Source: Pelomyxa schiedti (taxonomy: Eukaryota; Protista; Evosea). From it: a stretch of DNA of 34,906 bases. Positions 22,901-32,986 of the stretch are shown here, piece by piece (the stretch's first letter is position 1; each line of letters begins with the position of its first letter). The stretch lies in assembly GCA_020536535.1 (NCBI GenBank), contig JAHLWZ010000975.1, forward strand, positions 1-34,906, given 5' to 3'. The notes beneath the pieces were generated by a model that saw only the letters and a list, made by a program, of their open reading frames with translations, was not told the DNA's origin and made no database searches. The translations under genes and the position numbers were made by a program.

Positions 22901-24578
22901 ATGCCTCTAGATTGTTATCTTTGAAATTTTAACTCGATCCTTCCCCTATGATGGTGCTCATCCTCAATTCCTCCCCCTTACGAACTTTTAACTCCTCCAG
23001 AATATGCCACCCGTGACCTATACACTGTCACCGTTGGTGGAAATAAAGAGTGGCGAATACAAACAGTGAAACAAGCTATTATAACTGACAATCTACGACC
23101 CACCATTCCACCAACTTTAAATTGTCCACGGTGGAATTGCTCATCTTAGAGAGATTTTTTAACACTCCTTAGTCTCTTACGACCATTCGTTGAGAGCTGC
23201 TGGCGAAAGATACCCTCAGAAAGACCAACCGCCTCTCATTCTGTAACTTTTCTGCAAAAAGTCCTTGGAATATCAGAACCTCTCGTGACAGCAACCGCAG
23301 CAGGTGTGGTGCCACCTTTATTTTTGCATCACGTAATTTTTTTTGAAGAACTCCTTCCTCTTCCCTCGGAAATCCCGCTACTTTGGAAGAAAGAACCTAG
23401 TTTTAAAGTAACAGCATCCGTCATGTCTGACCAAGGAGGCACAACTTCCTTTGTGAGTTTGTTCCTTTTTATATTATCTTACGGTAACGGAAACCAGATT
23501 GGTTGCAACGACGGAGCAGTGAGGCAACTTTCCGCTAATGGTGATATCGTCGAGTTGGCTTCTGGTCCAACCAAATATACGAAAATTTACTGCGTTTTGT
23601 GTGTTGGGGCAGAGTTATGGGTTGGAGCCAATGGTGGCAGAATCAGTGTTTATGATGCCCTGGTATTTCATAGCTCCATTGCGTACTTCTTACTTTTCTA
23701 TCTCAGACACTCCAATTTAAAACTGAAATCACTGTTCATGGGGACTCCCATTTCACAACCCATCTAATTGCTATATATGATAATTCAAATCTGACTGCAG
23801 TCTGGTCTGTATCCTCCACGGAAGAAACTGTTGTTAGTGTAAATCCACAAGTGTGGCAACAACCTGTTAAAAATTTTTTTTTCTAATTTTTCTTTCCAGG
23901 AAAAGGAGGTTATGAATAAGGTCTATCTCGGAGAAAAGACACAAATAGGATGCTTATGTCAGCATTCTAACTTTGTCTGGGTTGGCTGCTTTCATAAAAT
24001 TATCATCATGAATTCCAATACTATGCAAACTTATAGAATTCTTACGCGAGGTCAAAATCTTGCAAGTGAAGTTTTTCTTTAATGTGGAAACTAGGCGTGC
24101 CAATACATAAGCATGGATGTGTGATTATCTCTGAAGATACAATATGGTTTGGCACTCACAACAGCATAAGAGTGTATGACGCCAACTTCTTGGTATTACG
24201 CCTCCTCTTTAAATTTCAATTTCCTAAGATATTTTGAAGAATTGCACACAGACCCTTATTGGACATCAAGGAGAGGTTACTTCATTCTGCCGAGCTCTTG
24301 GGTTTTTTAACCCCTTATCCTCCATATCCTTATTCCAACTGCCAATTAGTTACATATGGTCATCTGACAGTGAAGGAGTAATTTTTGCATGGAACTCAAG
24401 ATCATTCACTCCGGCACACAAAATATCTCTTCCGGGAGTATTTATCACTTCACTATTTTCCTTTTCACAGTAAGTGCTCCACAACAATTACACATTTTCA
24501 TCACTGCATTACAGTCTTCTTGTTTATTCCGCCATGTTCCCCACAGGGCAAGTTGGAGCCTATTCCCTTCGTAAGTAG
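16985..24578 (+). CDS. Roco-family protein: Pro/Ser-rich region, degenerate Ras-like domain, LRR, ROC, COR, TKL kinase, WD40-like C-terminus; many exons
   Basis: Exon 1 MHQRTETPSRPRPLS splices in phase 0 to 17146. LRRs: NLSHNCLVEIPSSISFLRNL, GNNLTCLPASLSLLFNLTTLNV. ROC: VKLVLVGP|ENVGKTT, W|DFGGQ, VILVGTRAD. COR: VTSFLHSVGSIVHY, YVVLQPKFL, FPGLPIGLFGRLLVRI. Kinase: IGQ|GGFGKIYK, VAVKEM, FQREV, IHRDLRSPNIF, AD|FGLS, WLAPE, DIFSLG. The C-terminus has beta-propeller-like repeats (LWVGANGGRISVYD, VWVGCF, IWSSDSEGVIFAW). Confidence 0.93.
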
Positions 24579-24970
24579 TTCTCCTTCTCCCTCAATTCGA
24601 CTTCTTACATTTCCCATGATAAAGCCAAATCACCAGCGAAGCCACCATCGACTCCACCACAGCCAATGCGTTGGTCAACGCCCACCAAGACCAAAAAACA
24701 TTAACTCCCCATCACCACAAACCCCTAGTCAGACACATAACAATCTGCAGAGGTTTTTCTTTGTGGAAAAGAAAACCTTTCACTCTATCAAGCCAACTTC
24801 TTCTCTTCTTTTACGCCGAGACACAGCGCAAAATCCATTCAATATGGTTGATCCGATTGCGTGTTGTTAGAATCACCACCCGCACAAAAAATATCCAAAC
24901 ACGTCGGGAAAACTTCCCCTTTTGGTGTTTTTCGCCAAAGCCACGTAATTTCGAAATTCACTTCACTTCA

Positions 24971-26332
24971 ATGTCGACCAACACGACCGTGAGCACGAAT
25001 GCGTTGGGAGTCGAGCACATGAACGTGGTTCAACAAAGGCTGGCGACCACGTCTCCTTGTTCATCAGAAATGTCGTTCACAACCTGCCACGCAAATAGGC
25101 TGCACCGCCCAATCCACATCCTCAATGTGTGTGCTATTTTCGGGGAAAACCGAGTTTGGAGTTGGAGCTTCAGTGTCACTCAGAACCTCACCTTAACACT
25201 GATGTAGATTGGTGCAGTTGTTGTGGCCTTTGTTAGAGTTCTTGGCGACGGGAGATTGCTTGTTTTTGGGGATCCATTTGTTCCGGTTGAAGAGGTGCCT
25301 CTGCATTTTTGGTTACAGCAACAATTTGGCTAATTTCGAATCATTGCAGATAGTATCTGCTCTGGGCTCCAGACTAGCAGGGTTTGAAAGGATAACTGTT
25401 GGCATTGCAAAGCAGCTTGAGGCCTTGGGTTTTCCGCCTAGTCGTGACCGTGACTCTGATGACTACGTGTACCAATGCTCTGACCTTGCTGAGTTGCCAG
25501 GAAATAAGTATAGCAAAAAGAGAGCATGGGCAAGTATACTTTTAATTCCCCCTCATTTTCATTTTTGACAGCAAAATTTATCATAGGTTAAGAAGGCTCT
25601 TGATACATATCGAGGAAGAATTGAAACAGAGGACCTGAGTATCAGTAACATCGCTGGATGCATTGAGTTATTAAACTCCTGGTGTGACAAGAAGAATTGT
25701 GCTACTGGTGATTAGATTACTTTTGAATAAGCCCATTAGTCTAAACATGATTCAGACAGGAGTATGTGTGGCGAATACCACGCAACACTTGACACACTTA
25801 CAAACTGGGAACTATTTGCACCAGCTTTATTTGGAACAGTAATTCGGATAGATGGCAAAGTACAGTTCCAGGTCTCCTCATTGAGTTCTAATGCTGCCCA
25901 GGTTGAGGCTTTTTGTGTTGGGGAACGCCTCAATCCTACAATGGCTATTTGCCATTTTGAAAAAGCAAATGTTGATCTAGTGGTATTAACTCTTCCGCAT
26001 CCATTTTTCTACCACTTCCATGGAATTAATTGCAACAAGGGCATGGCCCAGCTGATCAACAAAATGTTTGCTGATAAACTGAAAAGTATGGGAATCACTT
26101 TCATCAACCGTGAAGAAGACTGTGGCTCTGAGGGCCTCAGACAGGTTTCTGTACCTTACTCTTGTCCTTCATTCTAATGTGGTTTTGTTTTGTGCAGGCA
26201 AAACAGAGCTACCACCCTCACCACATGGTGGAAAAATTCAAAGTGAACATAACACCAGAAACACCTTGTGCCTTCACCTGCCAATCAAAGAAGTGCTTTG
26301 TCACGTCTTCAGAAGACATTGAGGACTTGTAG
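24971..26332 (+). CDS. DUF2156-type protein (MprF C-terminal-like, GNAT-fold tRNA-dependent aminoacyl-transferase family); multi-exon
   Basis: Motifs SEMSFTT, DRDSDDYVYQCSDLAELPGNKYSKKR, GTVIRIDGKV|EAFCVGERLNPTMAICHFEKAN, GMAQLINKMF and FINREEDCGSEGLRQ|AKQSYHP match my recollection of the standalone bacterial DUF2156 family. Confidence 0.85.
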
Positions 26333-26428
26333 ACTCTTCCACTCAAACCATTGTGGTGGGACTGAACAAATTTCCCAATCTAATTTTGCACCAAGATATT
26401 AAGCTGAAAGAACAAGCAGAGCTTTCAA

Positions 26429-26567
26429 CAAGCTCGTTGTCAACAAACAAAGTTGAAGCACAGGAGGGGAGATAGTGGGGAGGAGGGGGAGGGGGAGGGG
26501 GGGGGAGGGAGTACCTCCTCCTTTACCCTCCTCCCCCTCCTCCCCAACCAAGCTCGTTGTCAACAAA
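26429..26567. repeat. 19-bp direct repeat flanking a G-rich/C-rich inverted repeat
   Basis: caagctcgttgtcaacaaa occurs at 26429-26447 and 26549-26567. Between them, ggggaggagggggagg (26477-26492) is the reverse complement of 26530-26545. Confidence 0.9.
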
Positions 26568-26584
26568 AATATTTGTATTGGCAG

Positions 26585-27993
26585 ATGACAACCAAGTTGG
26601 GGCGCGGACGGGGAGGGGGACGCGTTGCACCAGGTCGGCGGGACGGCCCTTCCTTCGAGGTGCCGTACGACGTGTGCGTCGATGCGCCCAGGAATCGAGT
26701 TGTGGTTGTGGACTGGCAGATGAACGCGGTGTGGATACTAAAAGGCCTTCCCGACACCAGCTCCGTGTCGCGGCGCTCCTGGCAGGATTGTGGGACGCGA
26801 CACAAGATGGCTTCCGTGGAGCTGGGCGACGTCGAAGTGCTTCTCGTCGGGGGGAGAGGTAGGCAGGGGCTCGAGGACGGGCCAGCGAAAGCCGCTTCTT
26901 TTAAGTGGCCTATAGCGTTGGTGGTGGCCAATGATGGGACAATTTACGTGACCGAGCAGGGGAATAGCTGCATTAGGAAGGTGTCACTGAATGGTGTGTG
27001 TTACTAGGGAAAAGCTCACTCATGCTGGCGATTTTTCCTCTATTGTGGGGTTATGTAATAATCTTTAGGGGACGTTACTCTTGTGGCTGGAAGGGGAGGA
27101 AACGGATTTTCTGATGGAAGAGGTGCTGAAGCTTATTTCTCTTCGCCATGGGGAATTACTATTGAGCCTGGAAGTGGAGACCTTATTGTGTGTGATGTAG
27201 AAAATCATAGGATCAGAAGAGTTACAACCGATGGTTAGTTACCCTTTGGATTACAGCCTTTTGCAATAACTAGGCTTTTCCTGTACTAATCCAGGTATGG
27301 TCACAACTCTTGCAGGGACGGGTGAGAAAGGGTCAACTGATGGCCCGTGCTTACTGGCCAAATTTTCAGCTCCTCGTGGACTTGTATTTGACTCACATGG
27401 AAACCTCTTTATTACCGATTGTGGCTCTTCCTCCATCCGTAAGATTTCACAAGGTTCGTACCACCCCTAATTCTTGTCCTACAACTAATTGGCAATAAAA
27501 AATAATTACCCTTTCGTTGGTATGATCAATCTATCAAAGGGCAAGTTTCCACTTTACATAGATTCAGCTTTGAAGGAATGGATAACAATATTTTAACTGC
27601 AATCAAACTTACACCTGATGAACGGCAATTTGTTATCTCTGACCCAAGAAACAAGATAATACTATTTTATTGCATTGGTTTTGACTTTGATCTCTCGTCT
27701 CCTTTACTACTAAAATCTTTTCCACAGAAACAGGAGCCTGTGAGCTTGTTAACAACTTGCCCATTCTTCACCCCATGGGCTTTTTTGTGAGTAGGGATGG
27801 CGTCTATCTGGCACAGGGAAAATCAAAAGCCTTGGTTTGCATTAAACTGGGGCTCCCCACTTTCAAGGAACTGAAACCGCTTCTGATTGGGTGGAAAGAC
27901 AACAACAGCCTGCTCAATTGTCTTCCCCTTCCCCTGCTTCAGATGATTATCGAATATGCATGGACATGCTCTCTTCCTGCTCTTAAATTGTAG
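26585..27993 (+). CDS. NHL-repeat (beta-propeller) protein; multi-exon
   Basis: Repeats include GLEDGPAKAASFKWPIALVVANDGTIYVTEQGNSCIRKV, GFSDGRGAEAYFSSPWGITIEPGSGDLIVCDVENHRIRRV and GSTDGPCLLAKFSAPRGLVFDSHGNLFITDCGSSSIRKI. Stop TAG at 27991-27993. Confidence 0.88.
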
Positions 27994-28061
27994 AATTTAG
28001 CAGACAATAACTTGCAACTTCTTGAAAACAACTGAAATGGTTTTTCTTCCCTTTTTTTTCC

Positions 28062-29398
28062 CTAGTACAGTGAGAGGGTGCTCTCTGATGTTGTACCACT
28101 TTTTGGTGCTTCTACCTTGGGTGTTTCCACCTCCTCAGATGGGGTACCTTTTGAAGGCACCGTTGCTGAAGGGGTTGTGGATTCCACTGCAGGCTCTGGG
28201 TCATTGATGTACCTCGGGACAGACTCAACAATCTGTAACAGCACATCATTCGATAAGGATGTGGAAGGAATCTCCATCCACTCATTGCGGGATTCTGTGG
28301 GATTTGCAGGGCATATGGAGAACTGGATGGACATAAGAATTTGGTTAATGATTGTGCTGACGACTAACCATCCATCTCAAATCGGGGCCAATTTCCCCAG
28401 TGTGAGGGTTGCGCCTTGAATACCAGATTACTTGTCCATTGTGAATCAAATCCTTTGGGTCTTTAGACAGATACAACTTGGTGAAATCTCGTTGCATTAT
28501 TTTCTCAATCCTTGATCTGAACACCCACATAACCTAGAGAGGGTTTCTACCTTGTTGTTGTGTACGGCCTTCTTACCTCACCATGGCATACAATCACAAC
28601 TTGTTTGCCAGACAACTCACGCCGGAGTGTATTATAAGTATGGTCAATCCTCTGCAGTACATGTGCAAGAGACTCTCCTGATTGAGGAGACCAGAAGAAA
28701 CTTTGAACAGGATTAATTGTGCAGAGTTATCATCCCCTGTTAAAATTTACCAATCACGCGCTCGCCTCTCCAGTTCTGCGGCGTATTTCGCCCTCTGTTA
28801 CAACCACCACACGAGATTAGTATGATCACAAAGGAAAAACTGGCTTCACCTGTTCCACAATAGACGTATTATCAAGAACGCCCTTATCTCTCTCCCTCAA
28901 TAGAACCTCTGTTCTCCAAACAGCCCCAGGCAGGTCAAGCAATGCAGCAGTCTCCATGGCCCTCGTGTATTCGCTCGTGTAGTATCTATCAAAGTGTGTG
29001 GTGATGTTTTTCTTTATCCAGGCTCCAGCAGCCTGAGCCTCTTGTCTCCCGCGGTCTGTGAGCCTGAGTGACGACGATTATGTTAGTTGACGAACCCAAA
29101 TTACTTCCATAGTGTTAGAGTGGAGATTGTCAATACGAATTCAAAAGCAAGCATAAGGAGCAAGGATAGAATTGAAATAGAAAAGAACTGGAGATGCCGG
29201 GCACCTGTAGAGGCTCGAGTGCTTTGCGGCAAAGCCCTCGACGGCGTAGCCACTGAGATCGCCCTTTTTTGCGCGGCTCTGGGCCTCGTTGCCCTCGGAT
29301 CGGCCGTGCCTCACAAACACCAGATCAATTGGTGGCAACCCGTGGGACACGTGCGGTGCCGTTGGCGGTTCACTGCAAGTTGCTGTTGTCGATGCCAT
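28062..29398 (-). CDS. Histidine phosphatase / phosphoglycerate mutase-like protein; multi-exon
   Basis: Contains DLVFVRHGRSEGN (RHG motif), LYR|LT.., YTSEYTRAMETAALL, LRERDKG, PQSGESLAHVLQRI and VVIVCHGE. Confidence 0.9.
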
Positions 29399-29602
29399 TT
29401 TTCGTCTGTTCTTGTAAATCCCGAATCAAAAACCTGTTCAAGGGGCGTTTCCTGTTTGTTCGAGAATATCACCCTTTTCACCTGCACCTCCGCTGTTCCT
29501 TTCCAACATCCACTGCGTGTTGTGCTCGGAAAATTCTAAACTATTCTACAGTTTCGAGGTCACAATTGCATTGCAATCAATCGAAACACTGACACTGATT
29601 AG

Positions 29603-31710
29603 ATGGCGGCAACCTCTGTTGGCACATACAGGCCGTGCAGTGTCCCAGAGGCCATCGAGGCAATCCGAGACCTCCACGAGAAGCAGCGCACCTACTACCC
29701 CTGGACCCCCAACACGGCCCAGCTGGGCCCCCGCGACCTCCTCCTCATCGGCTCCCGCGCCCTGGCCTACCTCTCCCAGTGGGGCGCCTTCTCCCCCCCC
29801 GCGAGCCCCAGCCCCTTCCGCCCCGTGGACGCCCGCACCGACTGGGACCTCGTGGGCAGCAAGGCCTCGGTGGCGGCGTGGCTGGAGCGCTGCGCGGCCC
29901 GCGTGGACCAGCTGCACATCAGCAAGGGGGCCCCGCGTCTAGTCGACGAGGGCGACTTCGAGGGGGTGCTGCTGGTCTCGTGCAGGCTGGACGGCGTCCA
30001 CGACGTCGAGGTGCTCGTGTGCACGTTGCTGAGGGAGCAATTGGAGTGTGAGGCGGTGCCCACGGGATTTGATTGCTGCTTGCCTGATGTATCTATATGC
30101 ATATTATCTGATATCCTCTCATCTTGTTTTATTGGCTAATACATTTGGTTTCTTTGGTTTGATTTACATTTGGTTTTCGTTTTTGGTTGTTTTATTATGT
30201 ACATTTGGCGGTTTTACACTTGAGTTTCTTCTCCCTTAAACTATTTAAGGTAAAAATGTTAACCCTTTTTAGGGCACCCCATTTTCTGTGGCGAGTTTGT
30301 TGGCCCTCTGTAAGATAAAGCTCAGTCACTTGGTTTACAATGTCAACTGGAAAAAGCACATGCTGCATTTTGAGGCTATTAAACGCCATTTGTCAGACAG
30401 AAGGCTTCTTGATTCATATCTATTTCAAGTGCTTAACGATTATTCCTGGGAATATAATCCACTGTGCCTCGTGAATAAGCTCATATACGGGTATGCACCA
30501 ACGCAGAGACACTGGATGAGCACCAATCAGCTCATCTCCGAATCCGACTTACCTGCCTTAGAGAGCAAACTTTTGGCCTGCCCTCCTGACTCCCAGAACG
30601 GGTCTGAGACAGGAAATGACCTCAAAGTGAGAGATGTAATACGTACTTTATCACAAGGAGCACTGGATCAACAGTCCTTTTTTTCGCTTTCCGGGAATCA
30701 ACAGAAGGCAGTGGCACTCGAGATAGCCAACCAATTTAGTGCAAGATCCAGAGTCTCTTTTGTGGAGGCAGTGAAAGCGGTCTGTACTTCCACCTTCACC
30801 ACCTTCATTCCTTCCATCTGACACCCATAATAGTTATGCACAAACAAGTCGTTTCCTCCCTGGTTCATTGCCACTGTTATTTTTTCTTGTAGTAGATTGG
30901 TTTCTGACGCAATTCTGTTGGCGCCATTGACTGATGAACCAAGACACGTTTTAAAGAGTGTGCCCCTCCCATCACCATCTCCCACGAGGGAAGAAGAACT
31001 GTTGCTTTTCACACAGCTCCCTCTCGAGGTAGCTGCTTTGACATTTACTTTCACTCCACTAAATGCGTATATATTAGACAAACTGGATGATTTTGTCATT
31101 TCTGGGATACAAAGACATACTTGTCTGTAAACAGATCTGCAGGAGATGGAGAGTTCCATTCTGTAACAACGGGACCTGGCATCGCTTGTATACTAACCGC
31201 TGGGAGATTCCGCACTTTCCTTATCAGAACGCAACTGACTGGATGTTCTTATACGGAGTGCGCTGCTCAGTATACGAAATGAACCCGATAGAAGGGGTGT
31301 CTCCCTCCCAGTCCCTAGTGACTCAATGTCGGGAAGCAACACGCAACCTTCGCACTAGCACTGCAAGCAGTATTGCCAAGTTGTGGCATAGCCTCATGGA
31401 ACTTTGTACCCCTGCAGACCAGGTTCTTCCTCAAAGTGAACTGGAAAAGTTTATCCCGGATTGGTTGGTTCTCTCGTTGCAATCTGCAAACGTGTTTGAT
31501 ATTAAAACCGATGGTCACATCGAAGGCCTGCAGTGCAGTATAGCAATGTACGGAACCAAAGGTATTATCGTGCCCCCTTAATGCAACCCTGAATAACCTA
31601 AACTAGAGAATGATAAAACTGTGGAACACACTGAGCTCCTTTTATTCCTCTTGTGCGATAGAAATGGCACATCATACTATGATTTGATTGAGTGGACCCT
31701 TACAGTCACA
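29603..31710 (+). CDS. Fusion of a phage/giant-virus-type nucleotidyltransferase-like domain and an F-box domain; multi-exon, 3' end uncertain (stop at 31581 if intron 31562-31606 is not used)
   Basis: The N-terminal LLIGSRA...TDWDLV...DVEVL fits the Pol-beta-superfamily hG[GS]/DxD/acidic pattern. Exon 2 has KIKLSHLVYNVNWKKH and FVEAVKA|LCTNKSFPPWF. F-box: FTQLPLE|TNWMILSFLGYKDILVCKQICRRWR. Predicted introns are 30089-30272 plus shorter downstream ones. Confidence 0.75.
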
Positions 31711-31817
31711 GTAAGTTCATTTATCTCTTCACCCCCCCCAAAACTCCTGTATCTCATCTCATTTCAAACGACAACACGCGAAAAACCCATCTTGCACACA
31801 CAACTGAAAACCAACAG

Positions 31818-31857
31818 CAAACAACAAACAACAAACAACAAACAAACAAACAAACAA
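31818..31857 (+). repeat. CAAA/CAA simple repeat
   Basis: caaacaacaaacaacaaacaacaaacaaacaaacaaacaa lies upstream of ATG 31918. Confidence 0.85.
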
Positions 31858-31917
31858 GCTAACCAACCACAACACAAGCACCCGGAGACTGGCTCCACGC
31901 TGGCTCAACTGGACAGC

Positions 31918-32355
31918 ATGTCACTGCGCCGGTTCGGCTCCAACAAGGTGTCTGTGTACTCTGACCCTGCGCTGCCCAACCTGCTCACCACCGCGACTTC
32001 GGCGGAGCTCCGGCCGTTCACGAGGCGTGACCACCGGGGATCGAGCAGGGACCTGTTCTGGGGTGTGTTCTCCAGGCTGCCGCAGGGCCTCGTGGTGTCT
32101 GCTGTGATACACATGCTGCCCCGCCCAGAGAGGGACAACTTGGTGGAGTTCCTGCACGCGTCACCTCACACCTGGACTGACGCTTTTGACGACGCGTATG
32201 GTGCACACTGATGTGTTGGTGAATGTGAATCGACTTCAAAAGAAAAAGAGATTGGTTGTGGCTAAAAAACAACAGGAAATTGGAGCAAGATAGAGTGATA
32301 CGGCCGGACAAACAGTACAACATGCGTAGCGCGGTGCAGGGGAAACAACATGGGT
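31918..32355 (+). pseudogene. Short gene of unknown function, probably truncated by repeat copy B
   Basis: GC-rich exon MSLRRFGSNKV...AFDDA. A 47-nt GT-AG intron (32196-32242) joins it in frame to KRDWLWLKNNRKLEQDRVIRPDKQYNMRSAVQGKQHGL, which runs directly into the A-tract of copy B. Unspliced, it would stop at 32211 (97 aa). Confidence 0.45.
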
Positions 32356-32578
32356 TGAAAAAAAAAAAAACCAAAAAAAGATGGGAGGTGTTCACCGGGA
32401 ACCCAGGGTGGTCCGGCCGGACCCACCAACACAGGCTCCCAGCATCCCACAACCGCGGTCCGCGTCGCGTCGCGCCACGAACACAAGGGATTGGTGTCAT
32501 CCCGGTCCGTGGTCACGCGCATCACAGTCCTCGGCCCCAAATCCGCGTCGCGTCTCAATTCTCATTGAGCGCATCACA
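32356..32578 (-). repeat. Dispersed structured repeat, copy B (inverted relative to A and C)
   Basis: The reverse complement of 32356-32536 matches 1-182 with only a few differences. Positions 32537-32578 add an upstream unit repeating the boxes tgtgatgcgc and gacgcgacgcgga. Confidence 0.95.
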
Positions 32579-32707
32579 ATTTCGGGGAAGCAGGATGTCA
32601 GTAAGTCATTCCAGGAATGAACGGTCAGGAGCCTCTTTTTGGTAATGGATCTTTCCATTTAATTGGCGCCCGGTCGGTTTTGTTGGGATGTGCACTCAGT
32701 GCTGTTT

Positions 32708-32986
32708 TCTCCCATTTGGGAAATGCCGCCGGGGAGTGTTTTGGGAGAGTTCCCCGATGGGAGGGTTTGGGAGAATTTTGGGAGTGATTTGGGAGATCTA
32801 CTACCAGGCTCTGTCTGACTCAGCCGTTTGATCGTTCCCGAAATTGTTCTTGATTCTTTTGATAAGAAGTCAGTGCTGAGAAACGGGCAGACTGGGGATT
32901 GATGATCAAAAAGACTGAGGGAATCATTCTCCCCGAATTCTCCCCTCCCCTCCCAAAAACCTCCCATCGGGGAAAATCCCCGATGG
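32708..32986. repeat. Inverted-repeat / tttgggag motif cluster
   Basis: ttccccgatgggagg (32750-32764) is the reverse complement of 32960-32974. There is a perfect 10-bp hairpin ccatcgggga-aaa-tccccgatgg at 32964-32986 and several tttggga motifs at 32714-32795. Confidence 0.8.

Noticed and set aside
26429-26567. CRISPR mini-array
   Set aside because: Only two 19-bp repeats, a low-complexity ~100-bp spacer, no cas genes and a eukaryotic context.
31621-32211. 196-aa ORF as a single protein
   Set aside because: It appears to join a probable downstream exon of the F-box gene, an A/C-rich simple repeat typical of upstream non-coding DNA here, and a separate GC-rich first exon.
32018-32645. ORFs overlapping the repeat copies (also 12-297 and 34020-34522)
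   Set aside because: Open frames produced by the GC-rich repeat; indels between copies shift the frame, so there is no sign of coding constraint.
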